A stretch of DNA of 64,000 nucleotides, taken from a phage. A model generated the notes under the pieces. It worked only from the letters and a program-made list of their open reading frames with translations. It was not told the DNA's origin and searched no databases. The stretch lies in NCBI GenBank assembly GCA_028522875.1, contig GCA_028522875.1_3659.1; one strand, given 5' to 3'. The position numbers were made by a program, and so were the translations under genes. This document shows positions 10,508 to 21,116 of the stretch, in pieces (position 1 is the stretch's first letter; every line of letters starts with the position of its first letter).

Positions 10508-11059
10508 ATGATTAGAGCACCATTTGATAACTTATTTTTAGAAAAACTTGAGCAGGATCGTGTTGAGGTTATTATAGCAGCAAAACTAGAGCTGTCAACA
10601 GGGACTGTAAGATTGTGCTCAGGCACTGGCACAGTAATGATTGCTGGTCAATTGTTTGTTGGGATAGGTGGATCTGCAACAATAAGCGCTGTTACAGAAA
10701 AGGATGCTACAAACTTCGGATCCGTAGTAGCAACACTTAACGGATTTGACCCCAAATTTGTTGGGGATTTGCTAAAAACAGAATATGCAGGATGCCGGGC
10801 CACATTGTATATAACAGCAATGGAAAATGGTCTACCTGTGACTACAAATGGGCTGTTTGATGGCGTTATTACCGACATGGCGATCCACACAGGTGAAAAT
10901 AGTGCACTATCTATCTCCATATCTTCTATCTTCAACAGTTGGCTAAAAGGTTTCCCCGCAAGATACACAGAGGAAAGCCACAGATCCAACAATGATAACG
11001 ATAGATTTTTTAAATACGTTGACCAGGTTGCTAGTCGTCCAATTATCTGGGAGGTTTAA
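10508..11059 (+). CDS. tail protein, DUF2163-like (tentative)
   Basis: ATG 10508 with RBS gaggat; precedes NlpC/P60-like gene as in lambda/GTA tail tip clusters. Confidence 0.35.
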   Translation: MIRAPFDNLFLEKLEQDRVEVIIAAKLELSTGTVRLCSGTGTVMIAGQLFVGIGGSATISAVTEKDATNFGSVVATLNGFDPKFVGDLLKTEYAGCRATLYITAMENGLPVTTNGLFDGVITDMAIHTGENSALSISISSIFNSWLKGFPARYTEESHRSNNDNDRFFKYVDQVASRPIIWEV

Positions 11060-11485
11060 ATGAAGGCAAAACCACGGTGTGTGGATTGGCAAACCAAACT
11101 TTTAGAAGTTATTAACGAAGAGTCTGATAAGGTATTTGAGTGGGGAATTAGCGATTGCTGCACTTTTGCAGCTAAGTGTATTGATGCACAGTACGGTACA
11201 AACTTTATCATGGAGTTTGAGGGAGAATATAAGACAGAAATTGAAAGCAGGAGATTGTGCATTAGGAAATTTGGGACAACTTACTTGCCATCAATTTTTG
11301 ATAATTTTTTGGAAAGAAGGGATTCAAAAAAGCAGGTTCAGAGGGGAGATGTTGTAATATTTACTGGTAAAAATGGACCTACAGCCGGAATTTGGTGGGG
11401 AGGAATGGTGGTATCTAAAGGTAAGAAAGGCCTTGTATGGATAGACTTTTCCGATATTGAAGTTTTAGATGTTTGGGGGTTATAA
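11060..11485 (+). CDS. NlpC/P60-like cysteine peptidase (lambda gpK-like tail tip peptidase)
   Basis: 141 aa; RBS gggagg; candidate nucleophile in ...EWGISDCCTFAAKCID... and His-containing C-terminal part; immediately upstream of J-like protein. Confidence 0.4.
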   Translation: MKAKPRCVDWQTKLLEVINEESDKVFEWGISDCCTFAAKCIDAQYGTNFIMEFEGEYKTEIESRRLCIRKFGTTYLPSIFDNFLERRDSKKQVQRGDVVIFTGKNGPTAGIWWGGMVVSKGKKGLVWIDFSDIEVLDVWGL

Positions 11486-11487
11486 TA

Positions 11488-14400
11488 ATGCCTATTGCGT
11501 TGGTGGACTCCATCGTATCCTCTGCAAGGTCTTCAAGTTACGACTGGAATGCTTCAAAAGCTGCTCTTGCTGACAGTTTAAACACGGTGACAACAAGAAC
11601 GCTTGATAAGATTTTTGAAGGTAACAGAGCTTACCGTGGTCAACAAGAAAGAAAGCAACTATTAAGATCATCTGCCGCCCCTTGCACTGTGGTGTACGGA
11701 GAAACAAGATCCTCCGGTCTGCTATCTTTTGTTGAGCAAGATAGCAGCAAAACACTGCATACAGCAATTGTTCTTGCAAGTCATCCGTTGGAAAGTGTAA
11801 CAGATATTCTTATTGATGGCAATCCAATCTCTAAGTACGGAGATCTTGTAAGCTATGAGATTCACAATGACCCTAAGGTAGCAGATCAGTACATGAGGCA
11901 GCATTGCCCGTCTTGGTCTGTAGACATGATAGGCAGAGGACTGTGCTGGATCAGGGTTAGTTTTAAATTTGACCCAAACAAATTTCCATTCGGCCTTCCT
12001 AATGTTACAGTTCTTAAAAAGGGTAAAAAGGTTTACGATCCTCGAACAGGGAAAAATGTATACTCAAACAACGCAGCTTTGATTATCCTTGACTATCTGA
12101 GAGTTTACCTTAAATGCCCTGATAGTACTATAAACTGGGAATCGTTTAAAGAGGCCGCAAATATCTGTGACGAGATGGTGCAGAATGCTGACGGGACCAG
12201 CGAAAGAAGGTACACCATAAACGGAGAGTTTGACATGGATGAACCCCCAGCAAACATAATGACAGAAATGCTGAAAGCTTGCGGTGGTGATCTTTGTTAT
12301 GTTGCTGGTAAGTACGGCCTTTTAGTTGGTGCATATTATGGACCTGCAAGATACAGGCTTGGAGAAGAATGCGTTTCAGGTGAGGTTAAGATATACCCTG
12401 AAGCGTCTTTCGATAAAAGATCTAATACAATCACGGGTAGATTCATAAGCCCTGCAAAAGGGTATTCTGAGACAGACTTTCCTTCTGTTTTTGTCCCAGA
12501 GTGGGTGGAAAAGGACAAAGAGAGAAAAGTAGTAGATATCGATTACAGGTTCGTAACAAGTCCGTATCAGGCCCAAAGAATTTCTGCAATCTTCTTAAGA
12601 CGTGCCAGAGCTGGTAGGATTATCGAAGTTACGTGCAATATGAGAGGGTTCAAGTTTAAACCTGGTCATTATGTAACCATAGATCTGCCAAGTATTGGTG
12701 TTGTTGGTCAAGAGATGAGGGTGCTTGAGTGGGAATTTACAAAGAAAGGTGGCGTTAAGGTAAAACTACGCCAAGATGCTAAGGAGTGGAATGACGCAAC
12801 AGGTCAACTCCCAGATTCTGGTGACATAGATATTCCGGTCTCTCCGTCAGGTGTTGCACAACCTCAAAATTTTAGATACTCTGTACTACAGGCTGGAGAG
12901 CTAACTCACGGCGTTTTAGCTTGGGACAACGTTGGTGCTTACGCTTATAACATTGTTCAGGTTAAGAAGAATGGTGAAATAGTCTGGACAGCACAGACTG
13001 TCGAGCAGTTTGTGAGGGTTGAGGGTCTTACCCAGGGGTCATACACAGCCACGGTGGTAGCAACATCGTACAAAGGTGGGGTTTCTCCTGAAGCTTATTG
13101 CGAGTTCAATATTCAGGCACCAGAACCACCTGCATCTGTAGAGGTTAAGCAGGGGTATTTTGCAATCACACTTATACCTCACAGCAGAGACCTGGCGAGT
13201 GTTAGTACTCAGTACGATTTCTGGACTTCAGGCACAACACGGCTTGCAAGTACAGCCAACAATATTGTTGAGACACAAGCAACTCGAATGGGTATAGGAT
13301 CCACTTGGACCTCGGAGGGTTTGCAAAACGATAAAACCTATTACTGGTATATCAGGACAACAAATGCTTTTGGTTCATCTGCTTTTGTGGAGTGTGCAGC
13401 CCACTGTTACACATCCATAGAAGATCTTATGCCACAGATCGATGCTGAGTTCAAAAAGACAGAGACTTACAAAGAGCTTACCGCCAATCTCGATAATGCA
13501 GTCAAGGAAATGGATAAAAATGTTGGTGCAGTCAATGACCGTGTTACTAGCATTTTTGAAGAGCTTGGTGATACAATAGAGGGTGTTGTCAGAGAGACGA
13601 CAGAAAAATTTACAGGGGTTAATGGAGAAATTTCTGCCCTTAACAGTAAGCTGGTAGCAGCTCAGCAATCCTTTGACGATAAACTTGCAGCAGAGTCTGG
13701 TAGGCTTGGGTCACTAATCGAGACAACAAATAGATCAACCGTTGATCTTGTTAATCGTAAAACTCAAGCATTGAGTGAGCAAATAACTGCAACTCAAGGT
13801 ACTCTGCGGGAAGAGTTGAAGAACACTGAGAGCAAACTTAACTCCTCTATTCAAGAAACCAACAAGGCAACAACCGATCTGCTAAATAAGACTACGGAAG
13901 CTATTAAGCAGGATCTGGTGGCGGCTACAGGGAAGATTACCAAGCTGGAAGATGATGTGCAGAAAGAGGTTGCCAATCTGCAAGCATCTATTCAAGAAAC
14001 TAATAGTACAACAGTTGATCTTGTTAATAATACAGCCACAGCGATCCGTCAAGAACTTACCTCTGCAAAACAAGAAATTGTTGACGAAATGGGTAATATT
14101 GATGAGCTTAGGGCTACAGTATCTAATACCTCTAAAGCTGTAACAACACTTGAGGGTAAAATAGATGCTCAGTGGGGAGCTAAGATTCAGGTTGACAGTC
14201 ATGGTAATAAATATGTTGCAGGTATCCAGCTGGGCATGGAGGGGTCTGGGGGACAAGTTCAATCATACTTCATGGTTAGTGCAAACAACTTTGCGGTATA
14301 CAACCCCGGAAACGGAACAGCAACCCTTGCTTTCGCAATCAAGAACAACCAAGCGTTCTTGAAAGACGCTTTTATAGAGAATGGCACGATCTCCTCTGCC

Positions 14401-15087
14401 AAGATTGCACAAGAAATTTCGTCAAACAACTACGATGGCAACGGGTACCATAAATACGGTTGGTATATTAACAAGAACGGGCATGCCCAATTTATGGATG
14501 TGTGGGTGAAAGGCAACATTAACGCCAGTTCTGGTAACTTCACAGGGGCAGTTAACGCCACTAGTGGTACCTTCCGTGGAGATGTTTATGCCAATAATGG
14601 TAGCTTTAGAGGCACCATAGATGCAACCGGAGGTACATTCCGTGGTCGTGTAGAAGCTTCTGTTATCCGTGCTAACCAGTTTGAAGGTGCAATTGTTGCA
14701 CACAGGACTTACGGAGATTGTGCTCCAGTATATAACTCCCAGCAGAGGGTTTGCCGTTGGAGGTGGAGATACGTAGATAACGTTTCAGGTCAAGGTAAGA
14801 ACGTAACATTCTTCTTTAAACTGAACGGTACTCGTGCCAACTCCCAACTAAATGCGTGGATAGCTGGTCATCAACTCCTTGCTGGCAAGAAGTACGGAAA
14901 CGACAATGATGGCATGTGTGCAGTTGGGATAACAGGTCTAGGTGAACAGACTATAGACATTATTATTGAAATCTACACCCCGTGGTCAACGTCAAACGTG
15001 ACAGGTATTACAATATCCTGTCCTACTGTGGTTGTTAGTCGTTCTAACTCCAGCTTCCAGGGACCTTGGAACGAGTCTCACGACTAA
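11488..15087 (+). CDS. host specificity protein J-like (tail tip fibre) with FN3-like domain and coiled-coil/heptad region
   Basis: ~1200 aa; ATG 11488 with RBS ggggg; FN3-like segment (GSYTATVVATSYKGGVSPEAYCEFNIQAPEPP); long heptad-rich segment with repeated ...IQETN(K/S)(A/T)T(T/V)DL(L/V)N... units; GxxxG-rich C-terminal repeats. Confidence 0.55.
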   Translation: MPIALVDSIVSSARSSSYDWNASKAALADSLNTVTTRTLDKIFEGNRAYRGQQERKQLLRSSAAPCTVVYGETRSSGLLSFVEQDSSKTLHTAIVLASHPLESVTDILIDGNPISKYGDLVSYEIHNDPKVADQYMRQHCPSWSVDMIGRGLCWIRVSFKFDPNKFPFGLPNVTVLKKGKKVYDPRTGKNVYSNNAALIILDYLRVYLKCPDSTINWESFKEAANICDEMVQNADGTSERRYTINGEFDMDEPPANIMTEMLKACGGDLCYVAGKYGLLVGAYYGPARYRLGEECVSGEVKIYPEASFDKRSNTITGRFISPAKGYSETDFPSVFVPEWVEKDKERKVVDIDYRFVTSPYQAQRISAIFLRRARAGRIIEVTCNMRGFKFKPGHYVTIDLPSIGVVGQEMRVLEWEFTKKGGVKVKLRQDAKEWNDATGQLPDSGDIDIPVSPSGVAQPQNFRYSVLQAGELTHGVLAWDNVGAYAYNIVQVKKNGEIVWTAQTVEQFVRVEGLTQGSYTATVVATSYKGGVSPEAYCEFNIQAPEPPASVEVKQGYFAITLIPHSRDLASVSTQYDFWTSGTTRLASTANNIVETQATRMGIGSTWTSEGLQNDKTYYWYIRTTNAFGSSAFVECAAHCYTSIEDLMPQIDAEFKKTETYKELTANLDNAVKEMDKNVGAVNDRVTSIFEELGDTIEGVVRETTEKFTGVNGEISALNSKLVAAQQSFDDKLAAESGRLGSLIETTNRSTVDLVNRKTQALSEQITATQGTLREELKNTESKLNSSIQETNKATTDLLNKTTEAIKQDLVAATGKITKLEDDVQKEVANLQASIQETNSTTVDLVNNTATAIRQELTSAKQEIVDEMGNIDELRATVSNTSKAVTTLEGKIDAQWGAKIQVDSHGNKYVAGIQLGMEGSGGQVQSYFMVSANNFAVYNPGNGTATLAFAIKNNQAFLKDAFIENGTISSAKIAQEISSNNYDGNGYHKYGWYINKNGHAQFMDVWVKGNINASSGNFTGAVNATSGTFRGDVYANNGSFRGTIDATGGTFRGRVEASVIRANQFEGAIVAHRTYGDCAPVYNSQQRVCRWRWRYVDNVSGQGKNVTFFFKLNGTRANSQLNAWIAGHQLLAGKKYGNDNDGMCAVGITGLGEQTIDIIIEIYTPWSTSNVTGITISCPTVVVSRSNSSFQGPWNESHD

Positions 15088-15095
15088 CCTTTAAA

Positions 15096-15122
15096 GCCCC
15101 GCTTCGGCGGGGTTTATTTTTA
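15096..15122 (+). terminator. rho-independent terminator
   Basis: gccccgc-ttcg-gcggggt hairpin (UUCG loop) followed by ttatttttat. Confidence 0.65.
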
Positions 15123-15130
15123 TGCTCAGA

Positions 15131-15159
15131 TTGACTATTGTTACAAAATTTGGTAAAAT
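15131..15159 (+). promoter_or_regulatory. sigma70-like promoter TTGACT-17-TAAAAT
   Basis: -35 TTGACT 15131-15136, 17 nt spacer, -10 TAAAAT 15154-15159; upstream of baseplate J gene. Confidence 0.5.
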
Positions 15160-15192
15160 ACCTTGTAGAGATTTTCATACCGGAGGAGTGAC

Positions 15193-16683
15193 GTGGCTAA
15201 GTATGGATTGACAGAGGCTGGTTTCGTTATACCAACCCTAAATGACCTAATCGTTGAAACTAAGCAAAGCCTGATCCGTGCTTTTGGCGAAAACTTCAAC
15301 GTACAGAGTAACTCCGTTGCAGATAAGCTGACCACTATCTTCAACGAGCGAGAGTATCAACTTATTCTTATGGCAGCATCTGTATACGCATCACAGACGC
15401 TGTATGGGGCAGAAGGTATTTACCTAGACGAACTTCTTGGAAGACAAGGTATTTACCGAAGAGGCCGTTCTAAATCATCAGGTACCTGCCAGTTGACGAT
15501 CAACACAACTGTGCCGTACAATATGATTTATGATTCCAAAACTTATACGCTGGATAGTGGCAACTTTGTTCTTAGCAATGATGTGCAAGTGGCAGGGAAT
15601 CTTATTGCCCACAGAATAAATGCTCCAGACCTAAGGATTGGTAAATACAACTTTCAAATTACCAACCAGACAGATGGAAGTATCAAAACAAAAAGTTTGG
15701 TTTTAACAGATAAGGCTCTGGACTCTTCTGATCTGCCAAGCTTTTACGGAGAGATTAAGCAATTCATTGTCGATAATACAACCCTGTTGAACGACGATTT
15801 GATTCAGATCGATATGTTGACAGGAACGTTGTGGATAGGGTACAATTCGAATCTTGATCAAGTTGGACTTAATAGTAGGGTAGATTTCAGAGTATCCCCG
15901 ATTGTAGGGGAAAGAACCATCACCCTGGATGTTATCGCTAACGAGGCTGGTGAGCTGTCAAGAGAGGCAGAAACCGTGACAACAATGTCACCTACTCCCA
16001 GTGGATTTATCAAGCTTACCAACCGCGAAAGATTCAACGAGGGCAGGGATGTTGAGAAAGATTCCGAGTATCGCTTAAGAGCTTCCAGCACTAAACAGTT
16101 AACATCGAAGGCTACCCGTCCTGCAATCCTTAGCGCGGTAAGCGAGGTGAAAGGTGTTGAGAAAGTGAGAGTGTTCTCCAACAACACCGATAAAACTGAT
16201 GCTAAAGGTATACCTCCTTACAAGTTCCAAGTGGTTGTGTTTGGTGGTGCAACGGAGGACATTTGCCAAGCACTTTACCAAACTATAGCCTGTACGAACA
16301 GAACTTATGGTAATATTTTCTACGATGTAACTACATCTGACGGTCAAACTGAAAGAATTTATTATTCCAAGGCAAATACCTACCGCCTGGATGTAAGAAT
16401 TACCTACTCAGGTGCTGCGCTTTCCACAACCGAAAAAGATGCCATTGTAGAGGCTCTTTTGCAGGTTGTTAACGGACTGGATGTTGCAGATACGTTGTAC
16501 AATATCCAATTGGTTGGTGCTGCATCTGCTGCTGTGTCGATAGGTAGATTTAATAGACTGGTAATTCAAGTTAAACCTGTGGGGGCTTCTGATGAAGCTT
16601 ACACTGCAAACGATATTGTTGCAAACATGACCGAGGTGTTTGACCTCGATGAAAGTAATATAACTTTCCAACAAACTATTTAA
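15193..16683 (+). CDS. baseplate J-like protein (gp6/gp47/gpJ family)
   Basis: GTG start with RBS ggagg; N-terminal region ...LILMAASVYASQTLYGAEGIYLDELLGRQGIYRRGRSKSSGTCQLT matches conserved baseplate_J motif (A.g..Ld.lg...G..R..a..A.G.v.ft). Confidence 0.65.
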   Translation: MAKYGLTEAGFVIPTLNDLIVETKQSLIRAFGENFNVQSNSVADKLTTIFNEREYQLILMAASVYASQTLYGAEGIYLDELLGRQGIYRRGRSKSSGTCQLTINTTVPYNMIYDSKTYTLDSGNFVLSNDVQVAGNLIAHRINAPDLRIGKYNFQITNQTDGSIKTKSLVLTDKALDSSDLPSFYGEIKQFIVDNTTLLNDDLIQIDMLTGTLWIGYNSNLDQVGLNSRVDFRVSPIVGERTITLDVIANEAGELSREAETVTTMSPTPSGFIKLTNRERFNEGRDVEKDSEYRLRASSTKQLTSKATRPAILSAVSEVKGVEKVRVFSNNTDKTDAKGIPPYKFQVVVFGGATEDICQALYQTIACTNRTYGNIFYDVTTSDGQTERIYYSKANTYRLDVRITYSGAALSTTEKDAIVEALLQVVNGLDVADTLYNIQLVGAASAAVSIGRFNRLVIQVKPVGASDEAYTANDIVANMTEVFDLDESNITFQQTI

Positions 16684-16694
16684 GGCGGCGAGAT

Positions 16695-17381
16695 ATGGCA
16701 GAGATTAAGTCGGATGTTAACCACATCCACACTCTGCCAGATTTTGTTCAGGGAGGTCTTGACTACCTGCCTGGAGATTTTCTGGCTGAGAAGGTTAATT
16801 TAGTCACATTCTTAACCGTGTACCTTAAAAGGTTGGAGGATGTTGATAAGATGCTGGTAGGTTTGGCTGAAGGAAGATTGCTTAATAATGCCAGCGGAAG
16901 ATACCTTGACGAAGTTGGTAATCAACTCGGTATTCTTAGGAATGGACTTTCAGATGCTGATTTTCGTGCCACACTAATTATTCAGCAGGCCGCAGCATCA
17001 AGGGGCGGGACTCGCGAAGATGTCATCTCCACCTTGCGACAATTGTTCGGAAGAAACAATTTCGATACGTGGAAAGGAGACAACTTCAGGTTTGACATAA
17101 ATATTAGAAAAACTTGCTTTGACATATTGCAGTCTATTGATCAGATCTTAGACATGCTACCACTGCCTTGTCATTTGCGTCTTACAGAATCGCAAGGGCA
17201 AGCTTTTGGTTTTGAAGGTGACTCTACAGCTCTTGGCTTCGGATCAGTGTGGGAAGAAAACCAATCCGGAGTTGGTGGGCTGGCTACTTTGCTGTATGTT
17301 CCTGACGTAAGACCTGATTGGGACACCACAACCATTTATTGTGAAAGTATTACAGTAAACGCAACTAGACAGGAGGGTTAA
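16695..17381 (+). CDS. baseplate/tail protein I-like (P2 gpI / XkdU DUF2313-like)
   Basis: 228 aa; segment LGILRNGLSDADFRATLIIQQAAASRGGTREDVISTLRQLFG resembles the kR.li..a....kGT...v...l family signature; directly downstream of J. Confidence 0.45.
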   Translation: MAEIKSDVNHIHTLPDFVQGGLDYLPGDFLAEKVNLVTFLTVYLKRLEDVDKMLVGLAEGRLLNNASGRYLDEVGNQLGILRNGLSDADFRATLIIQQAAASRGGTREDVISTLRQLFGRNNFDTWKGDNFRFDINIRKTCFDILQSIDQILDMLPLPCHLRLTESQGQAFGFEGDSTALGFGSVWEENQSGVGGLATLLYVPDVRPDWDTTTIYCESITVNATRQEG

Positions 17382-19453
17382 TGGCAACAGCTGTTTTTAA
17401 ACCTTACCGTGATTACTCTACAATGGCTGCACGGTTTCATTACCGCACAGTTCAGGATACTGCCGTTCCTGGTAGGGATTATGATCATGTTGAGGGCGAT
17501 ATAACTATCCCAGTTGGGGCAACCAGTATTGAAATCCCAGTGGAAATTGTTGACAAATTACCCAACAGGTTACCAAGAAGCTTCTTTATGGAGTTTTCAT
17601 CAAAATCTCAAGGGGTGATGATTGGGACACAAAGGGCGAAATGTACAATAGTTTCAGATGAGAATCTTGACAGAATATCTTGGGATACTGTCGAGGAGAG
17701 AATGTTTCACCCAAGATATTGGGTTACAACCACTCAGCAGACTGAAAGTACCTGTATTGTTGCAGATGACAACTGTTGTATTAACCGTTTAGTGTCAAGA
17801 ACATATGGAGGTATGGCTGGGTGCATTTGGGAAACAGTTGACAAGTATGACCATTTCGGTATTGGGTTTGATGATCACTATGAGATGAGAAACACCAAGC
17901 TTTGGTTCAGAATGTCAATAACCAATGCCAGCAACTTCTCCACTCCTGAAAAGATGATTATGACTGTAGACCTTGTTGATGGTACAATCATCTATGTTCC
18001 TTTAGCTCAATATGCTGTCAGCATCTCAGAGGATAAGAATGTTGCAGAGATTCATATTGATTTCGAGGACTGCGTCGGGATGGATCAGAACAACAACATG
18101 ATGGGTGTTGATCCTCGACAGGTGAGAAGAATTTTAATACCGCTCATGCCTAAAGACTGGGTAAGTAATAGCACAGACCCGAGAACGGAAAATGTAGAGT
18201 GTGAGTTGCGCCTAGATCTGCTTCAGCCAGACACGGGCTGGAAAATGATGCAACTTAACAATATTCAGGTTAAAGAGCACGACGTTGGGATCTGCACCGC
18301 ATATGACGATATGTGGAACGTATCTCCTTTAAGGGTGTTGAACAATATCAAGCGTCTGGGCTATACCGGAACCATAAACCATTATGTTGGTATGAGTCAT
18401 TATTATGACTACACATGGTCAGGAACCCAATGGTCTATAAACAGAACAGGGGCGCTAAACGCTGCAGCTTATAAATGGCATGATGATTTTATGTACAATG
18501 CCAAACGACATAACTTCGACGTTATGCAGTCTGTAAGTTTTGAGCTTTACAGCGATGCCTGCCCGTTGGAATGGACCCAAAGAGACTGGAATGATAACTA
18601 CGCTAAAACAGGATATACACCTTGTAGCTACCTCCTGTCTCCAACCATTGAAGAGGGTATGAATTTCCTTACTGCAGTATTTAAGAATTTTGCATCAGCC
18701 GCTATGAGAAACAACCTGCCAGTGATTATGCAGGTTGGTGAACCGTGGTGGTGGTTCAATACCGATACTCGTAGACCTTGTATTTATGATTACCCTACAA
18801 AACAGGCGTTTTATGATGAGACAGGCGAGTATGCCTTAGATATTGGGACTATTGACGATCCTAAAACTGGCGGTGTTTACGACAAGTATGTAGCATTTTG
18901 TCGTGGTAAGCTTGGCGCTCGTATTGCGGCTATTTCAAAGGCAATAAAGGCACACGCTGCATCAGCTCAGATGACAGCTCTGCTGTTTTTCCCAACCATT
19001 ATGGAAACCGAGCTTACGCAAAAGCTGAACCTTGCTGACCAATATAAAAAAGAAGCAGGTGCTCTTGATTTCTTCTGCACTGAGTGTTACGATTGGGTGA
19101 TGCAGGGAGGTATTGAAAAGGCAAAAGAGTCTGTAAACATACCTATCGTTAAGTTAGGTTGGCAACCGTCTGAAATACAATACCTTGCAGGGTTCGTTCC
19201 TAGTAAAGAGCTTGCTCCGGTATATGGATACGACCCAACCAGGAATTACCAAGAATTTTTATGGAGATGTATTTGCGGAAACATGGCAACTATAGAGTAT
19301 AGATACCCTGAGGTAAAACAGTATGTGTGGGCATACCCGCAAGTAATGTCTGACAGCATCACTGTTACCGCTAGAGATTCTACCGTGCTTCATATGGGGC
19401 AGGTTGCTCTGAAAGGGTATGTAGAGGATGTTGTCCCGCCAGACTTCTCATAA
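17381..19453 (+). CDS. tail-associated protein with N-terminal Calx-beta-like domain (function unknown)
   Basis: 690 aa; ATGA overlap with upstream gene; N-terminal FHYRTVQDTAVPGRDYDHVEGDITIPVGATSIEIPVEIVDKLPNRLPRSFFMEF resembles Calx-beta. Confidence 0.4.
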   Translation: MATAVFKPYRDYSTMAARFHYRTVQDTAVPGRDYDHVEGDITIPVGATSIEIPVEIVDKLPNRLPRSFFMEFSSKSQGVMIGTQRAKCTIVSDENLDRISWDTVEERMFHPRYWVTTTQQTESTCIVADDNCCINRLVSRTYGGMAGCIWETVDKYDHFGIGFDDHYEMRNTKLWFRMSITNASNFSTPEKMIMTVDLVDGTIIYVPLAQYAVSISEDKNVAEIHIDFEDCVGMDQNNNMMGVDPRQVRRILIPLMPKDWVSNSTDPRTENVECELRLDLLQPDTGWKMMQLNNIQVKEHDVGICTAYDDMWNVSPLRVLNNIKRLGYTGTINHYVGMSHYYDYTWSGTQWSINRTGALNAAAYKWHDDFMYNAKRHNFDVMQSVSFELYSDACPLEWTQRDWNDNYAKTGYTPCSYLLSPTIEEGMNFLTAVFKNFASAAMRNNLPVIMQVGEPWWWFNTDTRRPCIYDYPTKQAFYDETGEYALDIGTIDDPKTGGVYDKYVAFCRGKLGARIAAISKAIKAHAASAQMTALLFFPTIMETELTQKLNLADQYKKEAGALDFFCTECYDWVMQGGIEKAKESVNIPIVKLGWQPSEIQYLAGFVPSKELAPVYGYDPTRNYQEFLWRCICGNMATIEYRYPEVKQYVWAYPQVMSDSITVTARDSTVLHMGQVALKGYVEDVVPPDFS

Positions 19454-19465
19454 TCAGGAGATAAA

Positions 19466-20506
19466 ATGTCAAAACCTAGTTTTCCATTAGAGATTTGGGC
19501 AGAGGAGGATCAGGTTCTGCCTAACACCCACAGACAGAACAGGCTACGCCCGATTGATGATTTGTGGAGAAAAGGTTGGGATCTTGGTCAAAAGCCCTCA
19601 TGTGAAGAACTTAACTATATTTTCAATATGCTCGGAACTTGGGCAAAATACATTGCTGACGAGCAGATCCCCGCTCAAGAAGGCCGTTATCTGGTACGTG
19701 ATAATAACTTGAGTGATCTTTTGAACATTCCTGTTGCCCGTAGAAACCTTGGGATTATTACTAAGGAAGAAGCAGACGCCAGGTATGTAAAAGTTACAGG
19801 TGATACAATGACAGGCCCGTTGGGTTTGCAACGTATCAACTTTAAAGCTGCCGAGACAGATAAGGCTTGGATAGAGACAACTATTGGCCCAGATAAGACA
19901 ACTCTCGACTTTGGGCTAAGTGATAATACTGGGTCGTTTGATGATGGTGGTACATCTACAGTAGATGCGTTTCGTTGGAGATTCCAGCCAACTCAGCCGG
20001 ATATTAATCCAGAGTTCACTTTGATGTACCTTAACGCGATCACGGCTAACCGTGCGCTGTTGAAAGTGGTCGGCAATGTTGAAGTTGTCGATAACATGAG
20101 GTGCAATAACCTTACTATCAGCAATACAGCAACATTCACCAACTGTAATGTGGCTAGTCAGTTGACGACTGGGTCAGTGTATGTTAATGGAGGTGCAAGT
20201 TGTGACAGTATGGTTGTAAGAAGTCAGCACTGTGTTGTCGGTAACAGAAATGTGGTGCGCTCTGTGAATGGAGTGACGGCTAACGGTAACGGTGATGTAA
20301 CAATCACTATCCCGCAGACAGGTGTGCAAGACATCAGAATCGGTGCAAGACTTGTTGACGGCGTTTCCGAATCTCCAATTCGCAACGGCTACGTTGTCAC
20401 AGGCTGGCATTTCGGTGACAAAAAAGAGATGCGTGGTTCAACCTACTGGGCAGGACCTTTACAAAAACTTGTAAACGGTCAATGGATCACTGTTAATTAT
20501 GCATAG
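19466..20506 (+). CDS. tail fibre tip / adhesin paralog A
   Basis: 346 aa; RBS caggag; shares N- and C-termini with 21521-22564 (M.KP..PL.IWA..D.VL.NT ... W.G..QKLVNGQWIT..YA) with divergent centre. Confidence 0.55.
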   Translation: MSKPSFPLEIWAEEDQVLPNTHRQNRLRPIDDLWRKGWDLGQKPSCEELNYIFNMLGTWAKYIADEQIPAQEGRYLVRDNNLSDLLNIPVARRNLGIITKEEADARYVKVTGDTMTGPLGLQRINFKAAETDKAWIETTIGPDKTTLDFGLSDNTGSFDDGGTSTVDAFRWRFQPTQPDINPEFTLMYLNAITANRALLKVVGNVEVVDNMRCNNLTISNTATFTNCNVASQLTTGSVYVNGGASCDSMVVRSQHCVVGNRNVVRSVNGVTANGNGDVTITIPQTGVQDIRIGARLVDGVSESPIRNGYVVTGWHFGDKKEMRGSTYWAGPLQKLVNGQWITVNYA

Positions 20507-20520
20507 ATCGGAGGACTAGC

Positions 20521-21105
20521 ATGAAAATACTTCAAGAGTTTAAACTTTACCAACCGGGATCTGGCGAATACCACTCCAACAAGGAAACCAAGGAGCTGAC
20601 CCCTCAAGAGGTTGAGGATTACACCGCATACACTGGGTATTTTTTACGTAATGATGATGGCGATTGGTATGTGCAGTCACGAACATTACGACAAGAAAAT
20701 CCGGGTTGTATCTTCCTACTTGTTGACGAGAAGGGAATTCTTAAGACATCTACAGAAGAACCTGATGCCTTATGGCCTGCTCCAGGTCTTCGTGTGGTTA
20801 TCGCCAAAAAAGAAGAGGTACCAGAAAACATTATGCTTCACCACGACGCTTTGCGTTTAGTTGGTGATGAATTTGTCACAGATAATGAATTCTTTGTTCA
20901 ACAGGCAGAGGGTGTCATAGAGACAGAACTTGCTTGGGCTACTGCTAGAATTGGTGCCTATCAAGACATGATTGACCTTGAATATGATCTTACTGATGAC
21001 CAGAAACGTAACATCAGAGATTTGAAAATGTACAGGGTAAAACTTCTTGAAATAGATACATCTAAAGCCCCTGACATTTTCTTCCCGGAGCGACCTACCC
21101 TCTAA
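20521..21105 (+). CDS. tail fibre assembly protein (Tfa/gp38-like chaperone)
   Basis: 194 aa directly after fibre paralog; C-terminus ...MYRVKLLEIDTSKAPDIFFPERPTL fits the Tfa motif (yR..L..vd.s.aPdi.WP..P). Confidence 0.55.
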   Translation: MKILQEFKLYQPGSGEYHSNKETKELTPQEVEDYTAYTGYFLRNDDGDWYVQSRTLRQENPGCIFLLVDEKGILKTSTEEPDALWPAPGLRVVIAKKEEVPENIMLHHDALRLVGDEFVTDNEFFVQQAEGVIETELAWATARIGAYQDMIDLEYDLTDDQKRNIRDLKMYRVKLLEIDTSKAPDIFFPERPTL

Positions 21106-21116
21106 GAGGAGGTGTT

